Assembly (NCBI RefSeq): GCF_001194135.2
Contig: NC_068990.1
Span: forward strand, 5,826,157 to 5,890,156
Length of the DNA: 64,000 bases
From: Octopus bimaculoides
Lineage: Eukaryota
Direction: 5' to 3'
The translations under genes and the position numbers were made by a program. The notes under the pieces are model-generated. The model searched no databases. It had not been told where the DNA came from and saw only the letters and a program-made list of their open reading frames with translations. This document shows, piece after piece, positions 38,240 to 51,366 of the stretch; position 1 is the stretch's first letter; each line of letters begins with the position of its first letter.

Positions 38240-38674
38240 GAATTAAATACACTGCCTTTGTGTGGTAGGGTAGTCAAACATACGATGGCCTCTATCAGTG
38301 GTTCCAAACTATTTCAGGCTACAGAAGTATGTAGCTTCGAACCCAGACCACATTACTTGCATACACACCCACCTCATAAAGATGTATGTATTATGCATGT
38401 GTGTGTGTATGTACGTGCGTGCATACGTGTGTATTTATATGTATCCTTCACACGACTCTTAAAAGAGTAGAGATATGAAGTTTCTTATTACATTTCAAAA
38501 GAGATTCAAACATCAGATCATTTGACAGATAACAGATTCGGATTACCAGCTTAAAGAGCTGAAACATCAAACTAATATATTGTATAATATATTGTATACA
38601 GTCTGCTGTTACTGTTTTTTGGCAACAAAGTAATATATATATATGTATGGGTACGCATATATGAGTGTGAATGA

Positions 38675-38712
<38 letters not shown>

Positions 38713-41499
38713 TTTTGTATGGGATGCTCAGAAGAAAATGATGATGAAAGAAAATGTTAGGTACTTTACAGAGTTCTAACTTTTTTTTAAATTATAAACG
38801 TTTACGACCTGAAATATCTCATTTTTAAATTCTTTATTGCTCGGAAGCAATTGTAATATACCTAATTGTTTTCCATGCTAAATATCTTAATTAATCGTAC
38901 CGATATATAAATTAATTTACTAATGATAAAGATAAATAAATCAATAAGTCTTCGTGACAAATATTTATTTCGTTCACACGTTATTCGGATATATTGACTT
39001 AACCTCTTTTACCTTTAACCATTAACAAATACACAGTCTTAATGTCTTCAGAGATAAAAGTTACTACGTCCCTACGTTTAGCAATGACCATTGATGAATC
39101 AAATTAAATAGCCACAACCGGCAATCGAACTTGATTTGATTATTTAGATATTCAGAATCACATCACCTACGCTACTGTGCTTGCCTAATTAATTGAGATT
39201 TTCTGGTTATTGTTGTTTATCAAATCATTTATTATGGTCTTGATTTATGTACTTTCCGAAAATAATATATCAAATGAAAGGTGTTATACTAGAACACCTA
39301 ATACTTGATTAATATTTCCCTCTGACACTCTGAGAGCAAAGTGGCAAATTTATCACTGTTTAAATCGCAGTCCATTAAAACTTGATGGATAACACATTTG
39401 ACAAGTGATAATGTAGTGTCATGTGGTTTATTCCAACGAAATAAATCATGAGATTTTTATTTTAAAATATCAATGTGGTAGATGTTGATTAATATTTAAT
39501 TTGTTTTGTTTTATTATTTTCATTTTTTTTTCTACATTCCATATCTTTCTTTCTGGACGTTGACTTTTTAAAATACATAATTCTCTGTTGACAATATTTA
39601 TTACTAACATTTGCAAAAAGAGAATATCTAACTATAATAATAAAATGATGTCTACTACGGGTCATTGATAGTAACACTGGACATTTTGTCTTTTCCTATG
39701 TAGTATACCAAGGGGAAATCAGCGTAATTATCACCTTCCTGTCTCTGAAAATAATTTCAATAAAACTCGAATTAAATAATATAGTGCCCCAGTTGGTGAC
39801 AGTCGGGTACAGTGGTGCGTCATCACGTGATATTTGTTTAAAGCAGAGGGAACTGAATGTGCGGAAGAGTGACAGAAGTGCTTTAGTGAAAAATAGTTTG
39901 CAGCACCGGTGACACGAGAAGATGTTTCCAACCTTCTCCTCCTCCTCCTCCTCCTCCTCCTTTTCTATAGACTTCACACATCAAGTATAAACAGAACCAG
40001 AATATGTATTCAATGAAGTATATGTCAACAGGCGATTGGCCTGCAAAAGTATATACAGGCTACAAATTGCTAATTGGATCTAGATTAGAGCATAAAAAGC
40101 CTTGAGAATCCAATACACTACATAATATATATAACATATGGCAGTGTAAATCTTTACCAGTTTTGTAATGAACATTCCAGTTTTCCTATTGGCGTTTGGA
40201 AAGTTACAATACAATCAGTTACCTACTGGTGGGTGCTAATATCGGGATGATGGTTTAACTGCCGATATAGTAAAATCTGGAATGTGAGAGAATTGGTGGT
40301 GCCCTACCACAACAACAACCACGACATAGACAAGTCTCTTGAAGAGTTTCATGAGTTTGTTGCCGTTGGCGGATAATCAAATGTAAAGCCTTGTTTTTTT
40401 TCTTTTGGATGAAGAAGTGAGAAAGACAATGAAAGAATTATATTAAACTTGCTCATTTACTCGAGTAAACGAATCTCTCAAACTGGCCACCAGAAAAAAA
40501 AAAGAAGAAAATGTGTAGGTGGAGTCAAGAAATTTTGTGCTAATTTGTGTGAATTAATTAATTGTCATTAAAAGAAAGTTTCTACTATTCCTAAAATGGA
40601 TCGTTACTTCTCAAGGCACAATACAATACTTTATTTTCTAGCCCTTACGGTACCAGTATTTTATTAAGTTAATCAAGCTTGTTTTTTACTATTATATTTT
40701 TATGTCTTTTTATTTCTCTCATTTCTAATATATAGATATTCAGAATAATATTGATAAACTGACGCATGTATAGTTTTATTGAGATATGTAAGGTGTTATT
40801 TTAATTTAAATAGCGATTATCAGATATCCGTAAAATTCAGTTTTCCGCCAAGCCTCTGATCCCAGTGGTACTTGATAGGAAGGAATTTAAGGATTAAAGA
40901 TTGGGTGCTTTGATGCAAAAGCATTTAGTGATTCTTAAAACTTTCTATAATTTTACTGTTTAAAGATGCATCGGTGGTGGAAATTCTACGTTTAATTTCT
41001 ATGTCTTTTAATGCGTAGATTTTTATCATAAAATTATTTTATTGTATTAACGTTTTGGATTATATCTACGACTTTGTTCCGGAGTTAGGGTTCTTGAAAG
41101 CATAACACATGGGCATGTTTCATTATGTTAAATATTTTTATTACCATCTTAATTTCGGTTGTTGAACGTGTAACATTCGAACTCACGTAATAGCAAGTAG
41201 GATATTATTGATGCTGAGGGAACAACTGACATTGGTAACATTGAAATTGCGAAGAGCAAATGTTGAATTATCTCTCACCCCTTTATTTAGTGCAGCACAA
41301 AACGATTATACGAATACATTCTTATACAAAATGAATTAACACATTTTCTATATTATATATACTGTGTAATTATCTTATATAACAATAGCTCCAAATTACG
41401 ATATCAATAACAAGCTACAAACCATCGACCTTTCTAATAGAAGGTGAGCTCCATATCTAATCATCCATCTGCGACTCTCTCAATACACAATACAATTAA

Positions 41500-41700
41500 A
41501 ATTATTATGAAGAATCCTACAAGCAAAAGTGCTTCACTTATAATTTGTAATGGCACCTTATATTTACAGAAGAAACATTTGTGATTCTAAGATAGCAAAT
41601 TTGAATAGACTTTGTGTCTTCTAAACTCAGCTTCATTACTTAAATATCATTAAAAGCAAATTGAACAAGCTAAACACAATATACTGCACTTCATAGGAAC
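41500..41700 (+). mobile_element. Very decayed Penelope-like fragment
   Basis: Translates ICDSKIANLNRLCVF*TQLHY-LNIIKS/QIEQAKH, resembling the PLE thumb region (RL.EL..FL....YP...I...I..AK). Confidence 0.35.
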
Positions 41701-42181
41701 ACCGCAAGTGGTATAACTGATGAAACCTATGTGGTATCTTTCTAACATCTTCCAGTCTATCAGCTTCAAATTCTTAATACATTGAGGTGAATTTATTAGA
41801 GCTGTAATTTTCCTTGAATTTGGCCATGTTTCATATTAAGATTAATGATATATATCTCTACATCAAAAACTATAAATGTGCTACCTAAATGTAACATAAT
41901 TTTAATGTAATAATTACTGAATAATATTAGCTATGTAGTTGAAATCAAATATAGATTTAATAACGGAGAAAGATTAATCTCTAATCTTTTACTATCTTAT
42001 CAAACAATCTTGATCTTATTCTCACGTTTAGTATCAACCTTTACCAACCCATCACCTCCTGATCACCGTTTAATCATTAAAATAAATCTAATTTAATCCT
42101 ATTGCATTACAGCGCAATAGGATGAACCGAAGTTTGTAATGTCGAACACATCTTACCCTGACTATATGTATATATAGATAT

Positions 42182-42220
<39 letters not shown>

Positions 42221-42549
42221 CGCAGATGTAGCTGTATAGTTAAGAAGTTCCCATCTCATTCCGATCCACATAGTTTCACATTCGCCAATGAATGTATAAC
42301 TGTATGTAAGTATACGCACCTTTCTCCCCTCTACACGCATACATACAAACACTTGAATACACACTCACATGTACGCACACACGCAGACAGACACACAGAC
42401 ATGCACAGACACATATGATGAGTTTCAATTCTCACATGAGATGATAGGGTAAAACATCAAACTAAGAACAATGAACAGCTGTGTCCTGCTAAGCCCTCAT
42501 TCGACGAAGCGACGGAAGTCCAATAAAACAATAATGTGTGTGCTTGTGT

Positions 42550-42638
<89 letters not shown>

Positions 42639-43244
42639 CGTGCGTGTGCGTGTGAGTCTGTGTGTATGTATGTGTGTGTATATGTGTGAAGTCTTATTGT
42701 GTTTATTTACATCACATCCTCCATATCAGCTCGCTTTGGATTTCTTCTGTAGCCGCTCTTGATGCAGTGGACCCAGTTCTAGATAAGGAGTTCGGAGTTT
42801 ACGTTCAAATTCATTTGAGCACCTCTACCTGTTCTTTTTTTTATACTGAGTATATCTGGCTATCAACTAGCGTCTATGTATATATATAGTTAGCAAGGTG
42901 AGACACACATAAGAAAGAAGAAAGCAAAGGACCACTGATGAGGTCACAGAAGTGTAACGAAAGAACTTTGGCCGAAATAGGATTAATGTAATATAATGTA
43001 ATATAAAGCTGAAGCAAATTAACACCAAATATACAGTGCATGTGTTTTTATTGGCTAAACTGGCAATATGACCATCCCCGAGTACAACAATATATNNNNN
43101 NNNNNNNNNNNNNNNNNNNNNNNNNNNNNNNNNNNNNNNNNNNNNNNNNNNNNNNNTGTATGTATGTATGTATGTATGTATGTATGTATGTATGTATATG
43201 TATAATATGTGTGTAGGTGTGAGAATGTAAATACACTCACGCAC

Positions 43245-43475
43245 ACACATAGTGGCACTGAACCCGGATACATATATATGTGTCTGTGCGTGTCACCATC
43301 GTTTGACAGCCGATGTTGGTGTGTCTGCCTCCCATTAACTTAATTCCAGTAAAAGATACCGATAGAATATGCACCAGATTATAAAATACTTTGTCGATTC
43401 ATTCGACAAAAGTTCTTCAAGGCAGTGCCCCAGCATGGCCACAGTCTAACGATTGAAAAAGGTAGAGGATAAGAA
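43245..43475 (+). mobile_element. CORE-type SINE, 3' half
   Basis: TTGACAGCCGATGTTGGTGTG..GATAGAATATGCACCAG..GTGCCCCAGCATGGCCACAGTC. Confidence 0.7.
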
Positions 43476-43523
43476 AAAGATGTAAAAGACACGCACACAC
43501 ACTCGCGCGCACCTCTCTTCCCC

Positions 43524-44789
43524 CTATGAAAGAGGGCTGAAAAGTTCATATGCTGACTATAAAGGAGTGATGCTGGAGCTGTGAAATCTTGTATGCATTA
43601 ATTTCAACATTTCTTATTAATTTCAATATTTCTTAATAAGTAAAATGGGTCTGTCTAGTTTAATTGACATCAAAATGTTCAAAAAACACTTCAAATGTAA
43701 CTAGTACCGAATTCTCTTGAAAACTGACATCAAGTATCTGCAGAAAAATGGTTTACTCTCCAAGGACATTCATGCTGACGTGGTTGCTGCATTGGTGGAA
43801 TGACGCTCCACCTTTCTCAATAGTGCAAACGTGGGCAGTTAAATTTAGGAGAGGTGGGGAGAATCTTAGAGATGACGGAGCATTTAGATTTCCTGTAATT
43901 GACAACATCGAGGGATATATTGATCGTGTTCAGCACATGGTGATGGTTGAAAGGCGATTAACTATAAATCAAATAGCCAATGTTATTAGCATATCCGTGA
44001 GAGGGTTGAGAATATTCTGCACAATGAACTTGGCATGACGAAGGTTTCTGCTCGGTAGATGCTATGTTTTCGGACATTTGATCAAAAGTGCACTAGGCAG
44101 ATTCCATCATTGGCAAATCTAACATTGCTTGAGACAGATCCTTGAACGTTTCCTAACCGAGGATGAGTGTTGGATTCATTACTTTGAGCTAGAGGCAAAG
44201 AGACGATCCATGCAGTGGAAACACCCCCGCCTCACCTGCTCCAAATAACTCAAAGTCGTTTCATCCCCAGCGAATGTGATTGCCTCAGTTTTGGTGGGAT
44301 GCGTAAAGCAATATGGTTATAGACTGTCTTTAAAAGGACCACATCATCAATGGAGAGCATTGTGCCAATTTGCTGAAGCAATTACGAAAGGCTATCAAGA
44401 AGAAACACCTAGGAAACTGACAAAAGGGGTCTTGTTTTTATCAGGACAATGCTCAAGCAGACAAGTCTTTGCTTTTAATGGCTACTGTGCATGACTGGCT
44501 TTGAACTGGTTGGAAACCCTCCCTATTCTCTTGTTTCAGCCCCATGGGATTATCATCTGTCCCCTAAAATTTAAAAAAAAACATTTTGGCTGGGAACCAG
44601 TATCACATTTATTATGATTCATATTTGCTGTTGGTGACTTTTTTTATCAACAGGATGAAAGCTCCTTCGCCAATGGATGGAAAAAGCGTGTGGACTACAA
44701 GGGGACTATGTTGAAAAATAAACTTCATTTGGTCACATTGCATCAGAGTATCCTGGAAAGATTATGAAAGTTTCAGTGACCCTAGTGTA
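43524..44789 (+). mobile_element. Full-length decayed mariner (DD34D) transposon, ~1.27 kb
   Basis: TA-flanked degenerate TIRs (GGGCTGAAAAGTTCATA / TATGAAAGTTTCAGTGACCC). Transposase remnants TWAVKFRRG..RRLTINQIAN, ARW-like, TEDECWIHYFELEAKRRSMQWKH, KLTKGVLF, KGDYVEK*; many stops and frameshifts. Confidence 0.9.
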
Positions 44790-45564
44790 TAGAAATCTTA
44801 TGTCAAAAACGCTTAACTTATATTTAACATAAATATAGATCGATAAACATATAGCTGTCTGAAATGAATGGTGGATCGAATAAATATAGTTTGTACCAGC
44901 CTCTGCAAGAGATCAGTGCCGAATCATGATGCCAGATGAGTGAAAAATAATTAAAGAATGAGAAATAGAGTTTTTTAAAAATCAGATAGCCACAGACACA
45001 AATAGCTAGATAGATAAGTAGCTATATACACAGATACACACACAGACACACAGACATACACACACACAGATATAGATAGATAGACAGGCAGACAAACATA
45101 CAATCAGACAGACAGATAGATAGAATCTATAACCCTGTAAAAGTTTTTCTTGCTTTGGAGATTTTAATGGCTATTTATCAAACAGTGTTCGCGGCATATA
45201 CTAGAATGTCTGTAGTGGAAACCACAGCTTATATGTACAATTTTGCGAGCGTTTTTGTACGACATCAAGAGAATTTGAATTGACCCATCGGAGAATAGCA
45301 ACTTCTGACAGTCAGAAAGCAATCAATCATTTGTTTGAAGACTCTTTTCAACGACGCTTGTTCACAGAGCCACTATCTACAGCCAATGTTATCGATTGCA
45401 TAGCGTAGTCAGAACATCATTCAGAGAATAAAATGTCGTGTTAAATAGGGGTATATCTGTTTCTCAAACTTTTAAGTATTATTTCTTTATTTTTACTAGT
45501 ATTATACGATGTATCTAGATAAGTGCAGGCTTCCAGCCACATAATCTCAGGTTCAGTTTCACTA

Positions 45565-45626
<62 letters not shown>

Positions 45627-45838
45627 CAATTAGAAAAACAAACATGCAAATAGACACATCTGTATATTTCATTCTCCCTTACATACATACACACGCGCGT
45701 AAGCACAGGCGCGCATGCACACACGCACGCACGTACACACACACATAAATACTGGTGATTACCGTGTTTCTTCTTAAATCGCGGTTTCATATATCGTATA
45801 ACCACTTACACACGCATAAGCATGTATATATGAATGCA

Positions 45839-45871
<33 letters not shown>

Positions 45872-46034
45872 GTGTGTGTGTGTGTTTATAATTTATTAAA
45901 TGTACATACGATAAATAGATATTAAAACACCCTTGAATTATGCTGAAAGTTTTCTGAAGATGTTAATTCATGTAGAAATCAATTCACGAATTGTGTTTAG
46001 ATAAATTTAATGCAATAAACAGCTTTGTACAGGA

Positions 46035-46131
<97 letters not shown>

Positions 46132-47249
46132 ACGAACTATGTAGCATTACGAATAGTACTCGAGACGTATAGAAAAATAAATATTTTTTACACACACACA
46201 CACACACGCACACACAATGTATATATGTGTGTGTATAAAATATATAAGCCTTGTGAGTGGATTTGGGAGACGGAAACTGAGAGATATAAGGTGATATGCT
46301 GTGATTTGACTGCTCGTTCTTGCAGGACAATAAACACATTCGAAGCTCCTCTGTATGCCCGTTGATGTTGTATTACCTGCTTTCTGAGAAAATATTTTCT
46401 GCTGCACATTGTTTTCCTTCTCAATTTCCTACCCTGAGCAGTGGCAAACTTTATACAAAGAAACGGCTATTGCTGCCAAGAATTGTGTTTTGTACTAATT
46501 TGTTGCAGCGTTATTTTTTTGTTTCTTTTGATACCATGGAAAGTAATGAACAGAACAAAACTGTCAGTTTAGAGAGTAGCTGGTGATTCAAGTTGACGTT
46601 TTATCGTGACGGTTCCTGTCATTATTTTCGGACACATCACTATTGAGTTTAATTTGTGGTCTACTAAATGAAATGAAATAGATTCCTGTTGTTCATTCGA
46701 AAGACAAGCGCTTGTAATTATGTTTTTCAATGAGAAGTTATATTTAACTGAAGAGATGGTAGAATTCAACTTCAAATCTGTTTTAATTAATTTTTCCTCG
46801 AAATAAAAACAAAAAACAATAGTGACTTAATGATGATTTTGTAAGACTTAGCGGAAATAGACATATGAAAGACGAAAACAAAATAGCCAGTTTATTTGTT
46901 TGATGAAATACCTTTGAGAGAGAGCCAATAAACGTTTTATTAATTACAGATAAGAATTTTAGAAAATATAAAAGAAATCATTAATCATAAAATTGCATAT
47001 TCTTTTTAAGTAGAGGTGGCTGCTTCAGGGGCTCCTAAGTGATGTCTCAGTGAATGTACTGCAACTTATTTAGAATATATAGCGTTATTTCTTTACGTCT
47101 ATCATTTATATCTCATTGGTTTCCAATTTGTCTTACATTTCTCCAATTTTAAACTTAATAATTAGGTAACAACAATTTAGCCCTTTTATTTGATCATACC
47201 TTTCCGTAACAAATTTGAGTTTGTTTCTATATATAAGAATATATAATTA

Positions 47250-47725
47250 ATTGATATTTTCCAGACTCAACTTCTTTGCTAAGGTGAGTTGTTTCATTGA
47301 AAGCTCCAAACGTTTATCCTACCTTTCGAGAGCTGGTATTTATCTTTTAATTTTTACTTGTTCATTCATGTGGTCATGTTGGGGCATTGCATTGAAGGGT
47401 TTCATCGAAAAAACTCGACCCCACTACTTATGTTTTAAGTCCGTTTCTATCTCTAGAGGTATGTGTTACCGAACCGAGTTGTCATGGGGACGTAAACACA
47501 CCAACATCGCTTGTCAACATGGTGGCAGGGGACAAACACAAAGGCACACACACATATATTTACAATGGGCTTCTTTCAGTTTCCGCCTACTAAATCCACT
47601 CATAAGTCTTGCGTCGGCTCGAGGCTATAGAAGAAGGCATTTGCCCAAGATGCCACACTGTGGAACTAAACCCGGAAGTATGTGATCGAGGAGCAAACTC
47701 TTTACCACGCATCCAACCCTGCGCC
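47250..47725 (-). mobile_element. CORE-type SINE, near full length
   Basis: Reverse complement of the 6065/15580 consensus (CTTTCAGTTTCCGCCTACTAAATCCACTC..CATTTGCCCAAGATGCCAC..GGAACTAAACCCGG). Confidence 0.85.
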
Positions 47726-47738
47726 TATACACACACAC

Positions 47739-47770
<32 letters not shown>

Positions 47771-47949
47771 GTTTCTACACACACACGTGTGTGTTTGTGT
47801 ATGAGTGTGTGCATAAATGGAACACAGAGAACGTAGTCGGATTCAATGATTTATATAATGTACATGTTTTTCTTCAGATTACCTGACATATCTTAGATAT
47901 TTTTCTATATAATGCTAAATGTCTGTGACTGCTTGCCTGTATGCCTACT

Positions 47950-48725
47950 TGCTTGCGTACTTTCTTTCTTGCCTGCTTGTCTGTAATTTAATACGACCAA
48001 ATCGGCACATAATGGGAAATACTCTGAACGTAATGTATTCTTGAAATGTATTCTTGAAACAAGCAGAATTAAACAAGTTTCGTGTAAATCGGACCACAGA
48101 TTCTCGAGGTACGCGGTTTTGGGGACTTCGTTTCCACAAAGTTGAGCAATGAAACCTGGAGTTATTGCCCTTTACTGTGAACACCTGGATAGTTTTGTTT
48201 GTGCACTTGCTTCTTTGCGTGCTTTTCTGTAATTTAATACGACCAAACCGACGCATAATGGTAAAATACTCTGAAAGTAAGTTGCCCCTAAAATGGGATT
48301 ACAAACGGAATAAGACAACTTTCACGTAAATCGGACCGCAGGTTCCCGGGATACGCGGTTTTTTCGGGTACCTTTATGATTGCCTGCTTGCGTGCTTGTC
48401 TGTAATTAAGTACAACCAAACCGGCGTATAATAGGAAAATACTTTCAAAGTATGGTGACATTGAAATTTGAATACACACGGAATAAAACAAGTTTCGCGT
48501 AAATCGGACCACTGGTCCCCGAGATACGTGGTTTTTTCGGGTACCTTTATAAGTAGCCAAACCGGTGCATAATGAGAAAAATTCTTTGAAAATAAGGTAC
48601 CATTGAAATATGTATATAAACGTAATAAAACAGGTTTTGTGTGGATCGGACTACGGGTTCCCGAGATATGCATTTTTTCGAGTACCTTGAACTATTGGTT
48701 AGCCAACGGGTCACGGGTAGTCTGG
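47950..48725 (+). mobile_element. Helentron/HINE (DINE-1)-like non-autonomous element with four ~140-240-bp internal repeats
   Basis: Unit with AAGTTTCGCGTAAATCGGACC..CCCGAGATA at about 48086, 48328, 48501 and 48643; ends GCCAACGGGTCACGGGTAGTCTGGTATTATA. Confidence 0.45.
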
Positions 48726-49609
48726 TATTATATAAAACACAGCTGTGTGATCAAGTGTCACTGGTCTCGTTCATCGGCATTACTGGGCAACGATACACAT
48801 AATACCTGTGTCTATTGCCAATTCAATACGTTTATGACTCCATTATTTACAATCTATTTTATGTCTATTTTCACATGGCGCTGGGTTTTCCATTTGATGA
48901 TTCTTTACTTCAAATCTGCTGTAGCAGCTTAGTTGCTTCTGTTCAGCTGTGTGTGAACTTTACTCAGTCAAACAATAGAAGAACATATAGAATAAGAATA
49001 AAAATGCGAAATAAAACGGAAAAATCAAAACAATAATAATAGTATAATAATGAATATAAGAAGAAAAGAATAGAAAATGAAGTGTGTGTGTGTGTGTAAA
49101 GATGAAAGTAGAGCAAAATTTGAGTTATGAGATAAGTATCAAGTTTCTGTAAAATATACATACTTGCATACATACGTACATAATCATATCTGTATATGTG
49201 TGTGTGTGGGGGGGGTGTTTGTGGGTGTGTTTTATATGCGTGTCATCATTTTATGTCACATATATATTATACCTAGATACTTTAACTCTGAATTCCTTAG
49301 GAATATTAGAAAGTGAATTATTTCAAAAAGTTATTAAAGTGTGATCGAAAATATATTATCTATCATAGTAAATGTGATATCAGATCTCTGCGTATTCATT
49401 ACAAAGATATTCCCTTTACACACATTTAATATTCTGTAGTAAGTGTACAGTCATTTTGAAAAACTTAATATCATTAATAGATATATTACATAGGGGAATA
49501 CTGAATAATTTATCACTTTTACTTAGAGATATAACACGATATCTTAAAAAGTGAATAGGATTGAAGTGTAAATCATTTAATCGTATGGATGTATAACTAT
49601 GCATGCAAG

Positions 49610-49656
<47 letters not shown>

Positions 49657-49981
49657 NNNNNNNNNNNNNNNNNNNNNNNNNNNNNNNNNNNNNNNNNNNN
49701 NNNNNNNNNNNNNNNNNNNNNNNNNNNNNNNNNNNNNNNNNNNNNNNNNNNNNNNNNNNNNNNNNNNNNNNNNNNNNNNNNNNNNNNNNNNNNNNNNNNN
49801 NNNNNNNNNNNNNNNNNNNNNNNNNNNNNNNNNNNNNNNNNNNNNNNNNNNNNNNNNNNNNNNNNNNNNNNNNNNNNNNNNNNNNNNNNNNNNNNNNNNN
49901 NNNNNNNNNNNNNNNNNNNNNNNNNNNNNNNNNNNNNNNNNNNNNNNNNNNNNNNNNNNNNNNNNNNNNNNNNNNNNNNNN

Positions 49982-50023
<42 letters not shown>

Positions 50024-50484
50024 ATAGAATTGCGACCTTTACAATATTTTAAGCGATTGAAGGCGCAGCATGACAATGCACAAGGAAAACCATTGGTACA
50101 AGTAGACAAACAGATAGACAGAGAAAATTACCGTCCATGCCAACTACAACAGAAAGAGTCAAACATCACTATACATATTTCCAAACGCATTAGGATAAGA
50201 AAATTCAAAGACACACGAAATAAACCGAAACTTTACAGACGCATGCTTCTACAAGCGAATGACCAACTTTATGCAAACATACAGCATCACCACCACCGCT
50301 CATATTTGTGAAAATTCAAACCGTCTTACACAGAGGAGTATATAAGAAGCTGCATATTCAAGCATACATTAAAATAGACAATTTTTCGGATGGAAATTAT
50401 TTTATTAATGCATTGCTATATAGAAGTAGCATAGGAACTTTTACGAGTGCACTCGAAGACATTTGCCGCAAACAAATTACAAGG

Positions 50485-50524
<40 letters not shown>

Positions 50525-50607
50525 ATATATGTAAGTATGTATAAAAATACATATAGATATACATACACATGCACTCACACACACACACACACACACANNN
50601 NNNNNNN

Positions 50608-50649
<42 letters not shown>

Positions 50650-50654
<5 letters not shown>

Positions 50655-50800
50655 GCGCATGGCCCAGTAGTTAAGCTGTTGCATTCACGGTCGCTATATT
50701 GTGTGTTCGATTCCCAACCCGAGCGGTGTGTTGTGTTCTTGAGCAAAACACTTCATTTCACATAACTCCAGTCCCCTTTTCAGGAGGAATGTTGGTCTGT
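50650..50800 (+). mobile_element. tRNA-derived CORE SINE head (second subfamily)
   Basis: GCGCATGGCCCAGTAGTTAAG..GTGTTCGATTCCC..TTGTGTTCTTGAGCAAAACACTT. Confidence 0.7.
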
Positions 50801-51291
50801 GTGCCTATCCGACGGCTATAACAATACAAAGCACATTGTAACCAGCGACATTCTTCGTATACGAGTGTCTAGTTGCCATATGAACTTCGTATGCTACTCA
50901 TTGAACTAGCGTACGACAATGGGGATTATCCCACCTTCTCTGGTACTCTTAACACAATCCTTTAGTATAACAGATACGATAAAGTGACACATGGCTGGAT
51001 CTTTGGATTATACAAGTGCCATAAATTCTACGATCTTCTATCCGGTCTCAGTCTCACCAGATTCACTCAAAATCTTTGCTAACCTGTCGCTATGATAAAG
51101 ATTTCATGTTATCTAATCCAGCATGTTAGGTTTGTAAAGCAGAAGTTTTATCAACTCAATCATGCCTTCGTCTTTATATATATGTGTGTGTGTGCGCGCG
51201 CGCGCGTGTATGAGTGTGTGTGTTTGTGTGTGCGTAGAGAGAGACAGACAGACAGATAGACAGACAGACAGATAGACAGACAGATAGAGGG

Positions 51292-51366
<75 letters not shown>

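Noticed and set aside
39800-39840. TGCGTCATCACGTG (CRE-like site plus E-box) as a promoter
   Set aside because: Short motifs with no supporting exon or TSS evidence.
40215-40365. Minus-strand MKLFKRLVYVVVVVVVG signal-like peptide
   Set aside because: The hydrophobic run comes from a (GTT)n repeat, and the frame closes after 38 codons.
46147-46407. FECVYCPAR as a C2H2 zinc finger
   Set aside because: The second His is missing, the spacing is wrong, and the frame runs into SINE sequence.
46320-46586. LLSEKIFSAAHCF, resembling the trypsin His motif (LTAAHC)
   Set aside because: No preceding CGG/CGA motif and no Asp or GDSGG regions nearby; a four-residue match is expected by chance.
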